32,000 bases of DNA from NCBI GenBank assembly GCA_025060415.1, contig JANXBT010000001.1, positions 36,313 to 68,312 on the forward strand, given 5' to 3'. The translations under genes were made by a program, and so were the position numbers. Every line of letters starts with the position of its first letter. Position 1 is the stretch's first letter. Source of the stretch: Candidatus Bipolaricaulota bacterium (GTDB lineage Bacteria > Bipolaricaulota > Bipolaricaulia > Bipolaricaulales > Bipolaricaulaceae). Below the pieces are notes generated by a model. That model saw nothing but the letters and a program-made list of their open reading frames with translations. It ran no database searches and had not been told where the DNA came from. Of the stretch, positions 1 to 7,616 are shown in pieces.

Positions 1-62
1 GCCACGCGCTCCTCCTCCCAGGAGGCCGGGCCCAGGGTGACCACGATCTTGGTGCGCCGCAC
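1..62 (-). CDS. pyk: pyruvate kinase, N-terminal fragment (continues beyond window edge)
   Basis: Reverse complement of 1-62 reads (GTG)RRTKIVVTLGPASWEEERVA, the conserved RRTKIVxTxGPAS N-terminus of pyruvate kinase. Absent from the ORF track because it is truncated. Confidence 0.82.
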   Translation of the reverse strand, partial: MRRTKIVVTLGPASWEEERV

Positions 63-134
63 GCCCGGTAGCGTAGGGGAAGGGGCCGGGGGAGGCCAAG
101 TTGCGGCGCCCACCCCCCGGGGATAATTTTTGCG

Positions 135-527
135 ATGGACTTCTCCTTCGGCCGGGAGCACCGCATCACCCGGCAACGCGACGTCGAGCGCCTGTTCCGG
201 GAAGGAAAGCGGTTGGAGGGCCAGCTCTTCTCCTTCCGGGTGCTGCGCAAGGCGGACCCCACCCCGCGCCTCCTGGCGGTGGTGGGCCGGAAGGTGGGGA
301 AGGCGGTGGTGCGTAACCGGGTGAAGCGCGGGATCCGCGAGGGCTTCCGGCTCCATAAGGAGCTCTTCCGCCACCTGGACGTGGCGGTGATCGCCCGGCC
401 CGAGGCGGCCCAACTCCGGCCCGGCGCGATCGCGGAGAGGTGGGTGCGGGAATTCCAGGAGGTGTACGATGGCACGCGAGACCCTGCTCACACGGGAGGG
501 CTACGAGCGGAAGAAGGCGGAGCTTGA
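135..527 (+). CDS. rnpA: ribonuclease P protein component
   Basis: 130 aa with FSFRVLRKADPTPRLLAVVGRKVGKAVVRNRVKRGIREGFR, containing the RNR signature. Confidence 0.95.
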   Translation: MDFSFGREHRITRQRDVERLFREGKRLEGQLFSFRVLRKADPTPRLLAVVGRKVGKAVVRNRVKRGIREGFRLHKELFRHLDVAVIARPEAAQLRPGAIAERWVREFQEVYDGTRDPAHTGGLRAEEGGA

Positions 528-951
528 GGCCAAGGAGCGCCGCCTGTACCAGGAGATCCCCGCGCTCCTGGCCCAGGCCAAGGAGCACTCCGGCGGCGAC
601 TTCCGGGAGAACAAGGAGTACCTGTACCTGGTGGAGGAGCAGGAGCTCCTGGAGCGGGAGGTGCGGGCCCTGCGCGAGCTTTTGGCCAACGCCCGCCTCA
701 TCTCCGAGGAGGAGATCCGCACGGACGAGGTGGGCATCGGCTCCCGGGTCATCCTCAAGGACATCGAGACGGGCGAGGAGTGGACGGTGACCCTGGTGCC
801 GCCGGCGGAGGTGGACCTCCTGGAGGGCCGGATCGGCATCGACTCCCCCGTGGGCCGCGCCCTCCTCACCCACGGGAAGGGCAAGCAGGTGGTGGTGCAG
901 GCGCCCGCGGGCAAGATCCGCTACGAGATCCTGGGGATCGAGAGGGGCTGA
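469..951 (+). CDS. greA: transcription elongation factor GreA
   Basis: 160 aa, TLLTREGYERKKAELEAKE...GDFRENKEY coiled coil and C-terminal FKBP-like GreA domain (SPVGRALLTHGKGKQVVVQAPAG). Confidence 0.93.
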   Translation: MARETLLTREGYERKKAELEAKERRLYQEIPALLAQAKEHSGGDFRENKEYLYLVEEQELLEREVRALRELLANARLISEEEIRTDEVGIGSRVILKDIETGEEWTVTLVPPAEVDLLEGRIGIDSPVGRALLTHGKGKQVVVQAPAGKIRYEILGIERG

Positions 952-2420
952 TGCCCGAGCAGGAGCTCATCGCCGTCCGAAAGGAGAAGCTGGCGCGCCT
1001 GCGGGCCCACGGGATCGACCCCTACCCCTACCGCTTCCCCCGCACCCACACCGCGGCCGAGCTCCACCGGAGCTTCGGCCACCTGGGCCCCGGCAGCCAC
1101 ACGGGCCAAGGGGTGGCGGTGGCCGGCCGGATCCTGGCCCTGCGGCGCATGGGCCGCCTCACCTTCGCCGACCTCCACGACCGCTCCGGCCGCATCCAGA
1201 TCCTCGCTGCCCCCCAGACCCTGGGCCCGGAGGCCTACGCGTTCTGGCTCGAGCACCTGGACATCGGGGACCTCGTGGGCGTGCGGGGGGAGGTGTTCAC
1301 CACCAAAACGGGGGAGCTCAGCGTGGCCGCGCAGGAGCTCGTGCTTTTGGCCAAGGCCCTCCGCCCCCTCCCCGAGAAATGGCACGGTCTAAGGGATGTG
1401 GAGACGCGCTACCGCGAGCGGGCCCTGGATTTCCTGGCCAACCCCGAGAGCCGGGCCATCCTCCTCAAGCGGGCCGTGATCCTCCGCACCCTCCGCCAAT
1501 ACCTGGACGCGCGCGGGTTCATCGAGGTGGAAACCCCCATCCTCCAGCCCATCCCGGGCGGGGCCTCGGCCCGGCCCTTCGTCACCCACCACAACGAGCT
1601 GGAGCGCGACCTTTATTTGCGCATCGCGCCCGAGCTCTACCTCAAAAGGCTCCTTGTGGGCGGCCTGGAGAAGGTCTACGAGATCGGCCGGAACTTCCGC
1701 AACGAGGGCATCTCCTCCGAGCACAACCCGGAGTTCACCGCCCTCGAGGCCTACGAGGCCTACACGGACTACCTGGGGATGATGGAGCTCGCGGAGGGGC
1801 TGATCGAGGCGTGTGTCCTTGCCGTGGCCGGAAGCCACCAAATAGAATACCAGGGCCGGATGCTCGATTTTTCCCGGCCTTGGCGTCGGGTTCCGCTTTT
1901 GGAGCTCGTGGCGGAGGCGAGCGGCTGCGACGTGGAAAAGCCGCTTCCGGAGCTCCTGGCGGAGCTGGAGCGGAAGGGGATCCCCGTGCCGGAGCACCTC
2001 CGCCGCGGCCCTAAAGGCAAGGTCATCGAGCACCTCCTGGAGACCTGCGCGGAAAAGGAGCTCTGGCATCCCACGTTCGTCCTGGACTACCCTGTGGACA
2101 TCTCGCCCCTGGCCAAGCGCAAGCGGGGCCGGCCCGACCTCACCGAGCGTTTCGAGCTGTACATCGCCGGGAAGGAGGTGGCCAACGCCTTCTCCGAGCT
2201 CAACGACCCGGAGGAGCAGCGCGAGCGCTTCCTGGCCCAGGAGCGGCTGCGGGCCCAAGGGGATGAGGAGGCCCAGCGGATCGACGAGGACTTCCTGCGC
2301 GATCTGGAGCTGGGGATGCCCCCGGCCGGAGGGATCGGGATCGGCATCGACCGCCTGACCATGATCCTCACCAACGCCCCCTCCATCCGGGAGGTATTGG
2401 CCTTTCCCCTCCTGCGATGA
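951..2420 (+). CDS. lysS: lysine--tRNA ligase, class II
   Basis: Start at ATG 951 overlaps the greA stop. Motifs RFLDFLANP, RNFRNEGISSEHNPEFTALEAY and GGIGIGIDRLTMILTNAPSIREVLAFP. Confidence 0.95.
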   Translation: MPEQELIAVRKEKLARLRAHGIDPYPYRFPRTHTAAELHRSFGHLGPGSHTGQGVAVAGRILALRRMGRLTFADLHDRSGRIQILAAPQTLGPEAYAFWLEHLDIGDLVGVRGEVFTTKTGELSVAAQELVLLAKALRPLPEKWHGLRDVETRYRERALDFLANPESRAILLKRAVILRTLRQYLDARGFIEVETPILQPIPGGASARPFVTHHNELERDLYLRIAPELYLKRLLVGGLEKVYEIGRNFRNEGISSEHNPEFTALEAYEAYTDYLGMMELAEGLIEACVLAVAGSHQIEYQGRMLDFSRPWRRVPLLELVAEASGCDVEKPLPELLAELERKGIPVPEHLRRGPKGKVIEHLLETCAEKELWHPTFVLDYPVDISPLAKRKRGRPDLTERFELYIAGKEVANAFSELNDPEEQRERFLAQERLRAQGDEEAQRIDEDFLRDLELGMPPAGGIGIGIDRLTMILTNAPSIREVLAFPLLR

Positions 2421-3007
2421 GGGTGGGGGACGCGCTACGGCGGTGGGAGGAGCGGGGGCTGGCGCGCCTGGACCGCGCCGTGGAGCGGGTCCTCCTGTGG
2501 GACGAGCGGGCCCTGGAGCGGGTGAGCGCCGCGCCGGCCCTGCGGCGGATGGGCCTCCTGCTCCTGGCCGCCACCTACGTGGGGTACGGCTACGTGTGGG
2601 CGGCGCTGGCCCTGGCCCTGATCCTGTTCGGCAGCCCCCGGGACCAGCTGAACGTCCTCCTGGGCTTGGCCGTGCTCATCGTGGTCATGGCCGTGGGCCA
2701 GGCCTTGAAGCACCTCGTGGCCCGGCCGCGGCCCGCCTTCCTCCGCCGCGGCTTCCACCACCAGTTCCTCACCCCCTCCTCCTTCCCCTCCAACCACACC
2801 GCCGTGGCCTTCGCCTTGGCCTACGTGGTGGTCCGGCTCTATCCCGCCTGGCACACCGCCCTCCTCCTCTACGCCCTGGCCGGGTTGATCGGCCTTTCCC
2901 GGGTGTACCTGCGGGAGCACTACCCGCTGGATGTGCTGGGGGGAGCGGCCCTGGGCACGTACCTGGCCCACGGGCTCCTCCCGTGGTTGGCGCGCTGTGT
3001 GGGCTGA
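2417..3007 (+). CDS. PAP2-family membrane phosphatase (undecaprenyl-diphosphatase-like)
   Basis: 196 aa, hydrophobic, with KHLVARPRP, PSNHT and SRVYLREHYPLDVLGG, matching KX6RP / PSGH-like / SRX5HX3D. Confidence 0.85.
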   Translation: MRVGDALRRWEERGLARLDRAVERVLLWDERALERVSAAPALRRMGLLLLAATYVGYGYVWAALALALILFGSPRDQLNVLLGLAVLIVVMAVGQALKHLVARPRPAFLRRGFHHQFLTPSSFPSNHTAVAFALAYVVVRLYPAWHTALLLYALAGLIGLSRVYLREHYPLDVLGGAALGTYLAHGLLPWLARCVG

Positions 3008-3023
3008 AGCGAGGTGATCGCGC

Positions 3024-4241
3024 GTGCTACGTTTTGCGGAGCGGACCAGAGGGGCGAAGCGCTCGGCCATCCGGGAGCTTTTGAAGTACACGGAGCAGCC
3101 CGAGGTGATCTCCTTTGCCGGCGGGCTGCCGGACCCCGCCACCTTCCCCTTGGAGTTCCTGGCCCGGGTGGCCCAGGAGGAGATCCTCCACAACGCCGTG
3201 AAGTCCCTGCAGTACACGACCACAGAGGGGAAGCGCCCCCTGCGCGAGGCCCTGTCCCGCTGGCTGGCGGAGGAGGGCATCCACGCCACCATGGACCAGA
3301 TCGTCATCACCAACGGGGCGCAGCAGGGGCTGGACCTGGTGGGCCGGGTGTTCCTGGACCCCGGGGACGCCGTGTTCGTGAGCCTCCCGGACTACCTGGG
3401 TGCCCTGCAGGCCTTCCGCGCCTACCAGCCCACCCTGGTGGGCGTCCCCCTGGAGGAGGACGGCATGGACCTGGAGTTCCTGCGGAAGGCCATCCGGGAG
3501 GCCCGGCGGGCCGGCCACACGCCCAAGCTCATCTACACCGTCCCCGACTTCCAAAACCCCACCGGGATCGCCTGGAGCGAGGAGAAGCGCCGGGAGCTCC
3601 TGGAGATCGCCCGCGCCGAGGACCTTCTGGTGGTGGAGGACATCCCGTACCGCTGGCTGCGGTACCGGGGGGAGCCCCTCCCCACCCTCGCCTCCCTGGA
3701 TGAAGAGGGGCGGGTCCTCGTCCTCCTCACCTTCTCCAAGATCCTGGCGGCGGGGCTGCGCGTGGGCGCCCTGGTGGGCCCCCAGGACGTGGTGCACATG
3801 GTGGTGACCCTGAAGCAGGGGGCGGACCTGTGCGGGGCCTCCCTCACCCAGCGCCTCGTCGTCCGCTTCCTCACCGAATACGACCTGAAGAGCCACTTCG
3901 CCTTCCTGTGCCGGCATTACCGGGCGAAGCTCGAGGCCATGCTGGCGGCGCTGGAGCGGTACATGCCGGCGGAAGCGCGGTGGACGAGGCCGGAGGGCGG
4001 GCTTTTCGTGTGGGCCACGCTCCCCGAGGGCGTGGACACCGCCCGGATGCTGGAGCGGGCCCTGGCCCACAAGGTGGCCTACGTCCCAGGGCAGCCCTTC
4101 TTCGCCGACGGCTCCGGCGCCAACACCCTGCGCCTGTCCTTCGCCCTGGCCAGCCCGGAGGAGATCGAGGAGGGGATCAGGCGGCTGGGCACGGTGGTCA
4201 AGGAGGAGATCGCCGCCCTGTCCCTGGCTCAGCGGAGCTAA
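3024..4241 (+). CDS. PLP-dependent aminotransferase, class I/II (LysN / 2-aminoadipate transaminase-like)
   Basis: 405 aa, EVISFAGGLPDPATFPLE, TNGAQQGLDLVGRVFLDPGD, YTVPDFQNPTG, TFSKILAAGLRVGA (Schiff-base Lys), GLFVWATLPEGVD. GTG start with upstream GAGGTGA. Confidence 0.88.
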   Translation: MLRFAERTRGAKRSAIRELLKYTEQPEVISFAGGLPDPATFPLEFLARVAQEEILHNAVKSLQYTTTEGKRPLREALSRWLAEEGIHATMDQIVITNGAQQGLDLVGRVFLDPGDAVFVSLPDYLGALQAFRAYQPTLVGVPLEEDGMDLEFLRKAIREARRAGHTPKLIYTVPDFQNPTGIAWSEEKRRELLEIARAEDLLVVEDIPYRWLRYRGEPLPTLASLDEEGRVLVLLTFSKILAAGLRVGALVGPQDVVHMVVTLKQGADLCGASLTQRLVVRFLTEYDLKSHFAFLCRHYRAKLEAMLAALERYMPAEARWTRPEGGLFVWATLPEGVDTARMLERALAHKVAYVPGQPFFADGSGANTLRLSFALASPEEIEEGIRRLGTVVKEEIAALSLAQRS

Positions 4242-4248
4242 GCCCCAA

Positions 4249-4279
4249 GGGCGGGAGGAGCTCCCGCCCTTCTTTTTTG
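4249..4279 (+). terminator. intrinsic terminator after the aminotransferase gene
   Basis: GGGCGGGAG-GAG-CTCCCGCCC (9-bp perfect stem, 3-nt loop) followed by TTCTTTTTT. Confidence 0.88.
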
Positions 4280-4292
4280 CCCCCTTCCCCGC

Positions 4293-5396
4293 CTAAATGA
4301 TGGCCCGCTCCGTGTCCCGGTCGAAGAGGTGCATGTGCTCCAGGAGGGCCACGAAGGTCACCTCCTGGCCGGGCGCGAGGGAAAGGCGCGGGTCCAGTTT
4401 GGCCACGATCTCATCGCCCGCCACGTCGGCGTAGACGATGAGCTCGTCCCCCAGGGCCTCCCGCACCTTGACCCGGCCCAGGAAGGTCCGGCCCGGCAGG
4501 GGCTCCCGCACCGTGTCCAGGGTGCGGATGTCCTCGGGCCGGATGCCGAACACCACCTCTTTCCCCAGATAGCTGCGCACCTCCGGGGTCACCTTCTCCG
4601 GCGGCATCCAGAGCTTGAACCCCCGGCCCTGGAGCCACACCCGGCCGTCCTCCTCCACCAGGCGGACGGGCACGAAGTTCATGGGCGGGGAGCCGATGAA
4701 CCCGGCCACGAACATGTTGGCCGGCTGGTCGTAGATCACGCGCGGGCTGTCGTACTGGAGGACCTGGCCGTCCTTCATCACCGCGATGCGGTGCCCCAGG
4801 GTCATGGCCTCCACCTGGTCGTGGGTCACGTAGATGGAGGTGGTCTTGAGCCGCTGGTGGAGCTCCTGGAGCTCGGCGCGCATGCGCACCCGAAGCTTGG
4901 CGTCCAGGTTGGACAGGGGCTCGTCGAACAGGAACACCTTGGGGTTGCGCACGATGGCCCGGCCCAGGGCCACGCGCTGGCGCTGCCCGCCGGAAAGTTC
5001 CCGGGGCTTGGCCCGCAGCTTGTCGGCGATGCCCAGCATCTCCGCCACTTCCCGCACCCGCCGATCGATCTCCTTCTTGGGGACCTTGCGCAGCTTCAGG
5101 CCGAAGGCCATGTTGTTGTAGACGTCCATGTGGGGGTAGAGGGCGTAGTTTTGGAACACCATGGCGATGTCCCGGTCCTTGGGGGGGACGTCGTTCACGA
5201 GGCGGCCGCCGATGTAGATCTCGCCCTCCGTGACCTCCTCCAGGCCGGCGATCATGCGGAGGGTCGTGGTCTTGCCGCAGCCCGAAGGCCCCACCAGCAC
5301 CACGAACTCGCCGTCCTTGATCTCCAGGGAGACCTTGTTGACCGCCACAAAATGCCCAAACTTTTTGGTCACCTCTTTGAGGACGACCTCCGCCAT
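4293..5396 (-). CDS. sugar ABC transporter ATP-binding protein (MsmX/UgpC/MalK type)
   Basis: MAEVVLKEVTKKFGHFVAVNKVSLEIKDGEFVVLVGPSGCGKTT..., LSGGQRQRVALGRA, VFLFDEPLSNLDAKLR, C-terminal TOBE-like region. Start placed at 5396, with AAAGGAGG SD upstream. Confidence 0.93.
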   Translation of the reverse strand: MAEVVLKEVTKKFGHFVAVNKVSLEIKDGEFVVLVGPSGCGKTTTLRMIAGLEEVTEGEIYIGGRLVNDVPPKDRDIAMVFQNYALYPHMDVYNNMAFGLKLRKVPKKEIDRRVREVAEMLGIADKLRAKPRELSGGQRQRVALGRAIVRNPKVFLFDEPLSNLDAKLRVRMRAELQELHQRLKTTSIYVTHDQVEAMTLGHRIAVMKDGQVLQYDSPRVIYDQPANMFVAGFIGSPPMNFVPVRLVEEDGRVWLQGRGFKLWMPPEKVTPEVRSYLGKEVVFGIRPEDIRTLDTVREPLPGRTFLGRVKVREALGDELIVYADVAGDEIVAKLDPRLSLAPGQEVTFVALLEHMHLFDRDTERAII

Positions 5397-5457
5397 TCCC
5401 CGCCTCCTTTGCCCCGCTTGAGGGACAAGATACCGCTTGCCGGCCGGGCCCGCAACT

Positions 5458-5736
5458 TCAGCCCCCGCTGATGGGGGTGAAGAAGGTGAGGACATCCCCC
5501 TCGGAAAGCCTCGTGGCCAAGCCCCCGAGGTTGTTCACGTTCTGCCCGTTCAGGAACACGTGAAGGTGGTCCTTCAGCTTCTCCCCCGCGAACAGCAGGG
5601 GGCCGAGGGCGGGATGGTGCGCCACAAGGGCGCGCAGGGCCTGCAGGCAGTCCGCCCCCGCGGGGAGCTCCAAGGCCACCGCCTCCCGCCCCACCGCCTC
5701 CCGGAATTCCCCAAACAGCTTGACTTGGACGCGCAT
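5458..5736 (-). CDS. MoaD/ThiS-family ubiquitin-like sulfur carrier
   Basis: 92 aa MRVQVKLFGEFREAVG...DHLHVFLNGQNVNNLGGLATRLSEGDVLTFFTPISGG, ending in the diagnostic GG. It is the C-terminal part of the over-extended 521-aa ORF in the track. Confidence 0.88.
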   Translation of the reverse strand: MRVQVKLFGEFREAVGREAVALELPAGADCLQALRALVAHHPALGPLLFAGEKLKDHLHVFLNGQNVNNLGGLATRLSEGDVLTFFTPISGG

Positions 5737-7046
5737 CACCCCTCCTTCTCCCCCCGGATTTTGGCCCGCAGCTCCTTGAGCCGCTCGCGCATCCGCCCCT
5801 CCCAGCCCCGCTCCGTGGGTTGGAAATACTCCCGACCTTGGAGGCTTGGGGGAAGGCAGGGCATGGCCGCCACCCCCTCGGGCAGGTCGTGGGCGTATTG
5901 GTACCCCTGCCCGTACCCGAGCGCGCGCATCGCCTCCGTCACGGGGTTGCGCAGGTGCAGGGGGACCGGCTCGTTGACCGTTTCCTGCACGTCGGCGCGG
6001 GCCGCGAGGTGCGCGCGGTAGAGGGCGTTGGATTTGGGGGCCAGGGCCAAATAGACCGTGGCCTGGGCCAGGGCCAGCTCGGCCTCGGGCAGGCCCACGT
6101 ACTCCACGGCCTGGGCCGCGGCCACGGCCTGCACCAGGGCCCAGGGGTCGGCCAACCCGATGTCCTCGGAGGCCATGCGGATGAGCCGCCGCGCGATGTA
6201 CCGGGGGTCCTCGCCGGCCTCGAGCATGCGCACCAGCCAGTACAGCGCGGCGTCCACATCGGAGTTGCGCACCGACTTGTGCAGGGCGGAGATGAGGTTG
6301 TAGTGCTCCTCGCCGGCCCGGTCGTAGTGGAGGGCCTTGCGCCCCAGGACCTGGCGGAGCTTGGGGAGGTCGATCTCCCCTTCCCCCAGGGCCTCCACGG
6401 CGGTCTCCAGGGCGTTGAGGAGGCGGCGGGCGTCGCCGTCGGCCCGGCGGAGGAGGTATTCCTCCGCCGGCGGGGTCAGGGAGACGCGGCCGCCGTAGCC
6501 CCGCGGATCCTCCAGGGCCCGGCGCAGGAGGACCCGCAGATCCTCCGGGGCAAGGGGCTCGAACACGAAGAGCTGGGCCCGGGAGAGGAGGGCCGAGCGC
6601 AGCACGAACGAGGGGTTCTCCGTGGTGGCCCCGATGAAGTAGACGGAGCCCTCCTCGAGGTAGGAGAGGAGCACGTCCTGCTGGGCGCGGTTCCAGCGGT
6701 GGATCTCGTCGAGGAAGAGGAGGTCGCGGGCGCCCGTGCGCCGCCAGAGCTCCCGCGAGGCCTCCAGGGCCTGGCGCACCTCGGCGACCGTGGCCAGGGC
6801 CGCGGACTTCTGGACGAACTTGGCCCCGAACCGCTGGGCGATGAGGCGGCCGACCGTGGTCTTCCCCGTGCCGGGCGGGCCCCAGAAGATGAGGGGGACA
6901 GCAAGCCCCTTTTCGATGAGGGCCCGCAGGGGGCCCTGGGGGCCGAGGAGGTGGGCCTGGCCCACCACCTCCGCCAGGTCGCGGGGGCGAAGCCGCTCGG
7001 CCAGGGGGGGTCGGGCCTGCCAAAGCCCCTCCATCCCGGAAGGCAT
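5736..7046 (-). CDS. rarA: replication-associated recombination protein A (AAA+ ATPase)
   Basis: LAERLRPRDLAEVVGQAHLLGP, FWGPPGTGKTTVGRLIA, LFLDEIHRWNRAQQDVLLSYLE, GATTENPSF. True start may be the internal ATG at 7034. Confidence 0.94.
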   Translation of the reverse strand: MPSGMEGLWQARPPLAERLRPRDLAEVVGQAHLLGPQGPLRALIEKGLAVPLIFWGPPGTGKTTVGRLIAQRFGAKFVQKSAALATVAEVRQALEASRELWRRTGARDLLFLDEIHRWNRAQQDVLLSYLEEGSVYFIGATTENPSFVLRSALLSRAQLFVFEPLAPEDLRVLLRRALEDPRGYGGRVSLTPPAEEYLLRRADGDARRLLNALETAVEALGEGEIDLPKLRQVLGRKALHYDRAGEEHYNLISALHKSVRNSDVDAALYWLVRMLEAGEDPRYIARRLIRMASEDIGLADPWALVQAVAAAQAVEYVGLPEAELALAQATVYLALAPKSNALYRAHLAARADVQETVNEPVPLHLRNPVTEAMRALGYGQGYQYAHDLPEGVAAMPCLPPSLQGREYFQPTERGWEGRMRERLKELRAKIRGEKEG

Positions 7047-7058
7047 TCTACCCCAACC

Positions 7059-7088
7059 TTGACAGGGCCGGCGCGCGGCCGCTAAGAT
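7059..7088 (+). promoter_or_regulatory. candidate sigma70-type promoter for the tRNA array
   Basis: TTGACA (7059-7064), 18 nt, TAAGAT (7083-7088), just upstream of tRNA-Lys at 7094. Confidence 0.5.
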
Positions 7089-7093
7089 CGGTT

Positions 7094-7166
7094 GGGCCGT
7101 TAGCTCAACCGGTAGAGCAGCGGACTCTTAATCCGCGGGTTGGGGGTTCGAGTCCTCCACGGCCCA
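7094..7166 (+). tRNA. tRNA-Lys (CTT)
   Basis: GGGCCGT/ACGGCCC acceptor, GCGGA-CTCTTAA-TCCGC anticodon arm, TTCGAGT T-loop, discriminator A; CCA not encoded. Confidence 0.95.
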
Positions 7167-7179
7167 TTTCCTTTCCTCC

Positions 7180-7252
7180 GGGTCGTTAGCTCAGTCGGCA
7201 GAGCACCGGCCTTTTAAGCCGGGGGCCGCAGGTTCGATTCCTGCACGACCCA
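7180..7252 (+). tRNA. tRNA-Lys (TTT)
   Basis: GGGTCGT/ACGACCC acceptor, CCGGC-CTTTTAA-GCCGG anticodon arm, TTCGATT T-loop. Confidence 0.95.
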
Positions 7253-7255
7253 CCC

Positions 7256-7330
7256 GTCCCCGTCGTCTAGGCTGGCCCAGGACACCGGGCTTTCAATCCG
7301 GAAACGGGGGTTCGAATCCCCCCGGGGACA
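7256..7330 (+). tRNA. tRNA-Glu (TTC)
   Basis: GTCCCCG/CGGGGAC acceptor, anticodon loop CTTTCAA, TTCGAAT T-loop. Confidence 0.95.
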
Positions 7331-7332
7331 GA

Positions 7333-7404
7333 GGGCGAGTAGCTCAGGGGCAGAGCATCCGGCTTACATCCGGAAGGCCAGAGGTTCGAATCCTCTCTCG
7401 CCCA
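7333..7404 (+). tRNA. tRNA-Val (TAC)
   Basis: GGGCGAG/CTCGCCC acceptor, anticodon loop CTTACAT, TTCGAAT T-loop. Confidence 0.95.
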
Positions 7405-7408
7405 AACC

Positions 7409-7438
7409 TTGGCTGGCTGGGCCGGCCCGGGGTACAAT
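7409..7438 (+). promoter_or_regulatory. candidate promoter for tRNA-Asp / tRNA-Phe / dnaA
   Basis: TTGGCT (7409-7414), 18 nt, TACAAT (7433-7438), in the only wide gap of the tRNA cluster. Confidence 0.5.
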
Positions 7439-7448
7439 CGCCCCGCAC

Positions 7449-7524
7449 GGGGACGTGGTGTAGCCCGGACTAACACACCGGATTGTCACTCCGGAGATCG
7501 CGGGTTCAAATCCCGTCGTCCCCG
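7449..7524 (+). tRNA. tRNA-Asp (GTC)
   Basis: GGGGACG/CGTCCCC acceptor, anticodon loop TTGTCAC, TTCAAAT T-loop, discriminator G. Confidence 0.95.
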
Positions 7525-7527
7525 CCC

Positions 7528-7600
7528 GGCGAGGTAGCTCAGGTGGTAGAGCACCCGGCTGAAAACCGGGGTGTCCCCAGTTCGACTCTGGGCCTCGCCA
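7528..7600 (+). tRNA. tRNA-Phe (GAA)
   Basis: GGCGAGG/CCTCGCC acceptor, CCCGG-CTGAAAA-CCGGG anticodon arm, TTCGACT T-loop. Confidence 0.95.
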
Positions 7601-7616
7601 TTTCCCTTTTCCCGGC

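Noticed and set aside
62-110. Promoter TTGGCC-17-TACGCT for the pyruvate kinase fragment (minus strand)
   Set aside because: Spacing is right but both hexamers match the consensus poorly in very GC-rich DNA, so it is not listed as a feature.
5737-7023. N-terminal portion of the 521-aa minus-strand ORF ending at 5458
   Set aside because: Alternative frame of rarA; only the last 92 residues (MoaD-like) are real.
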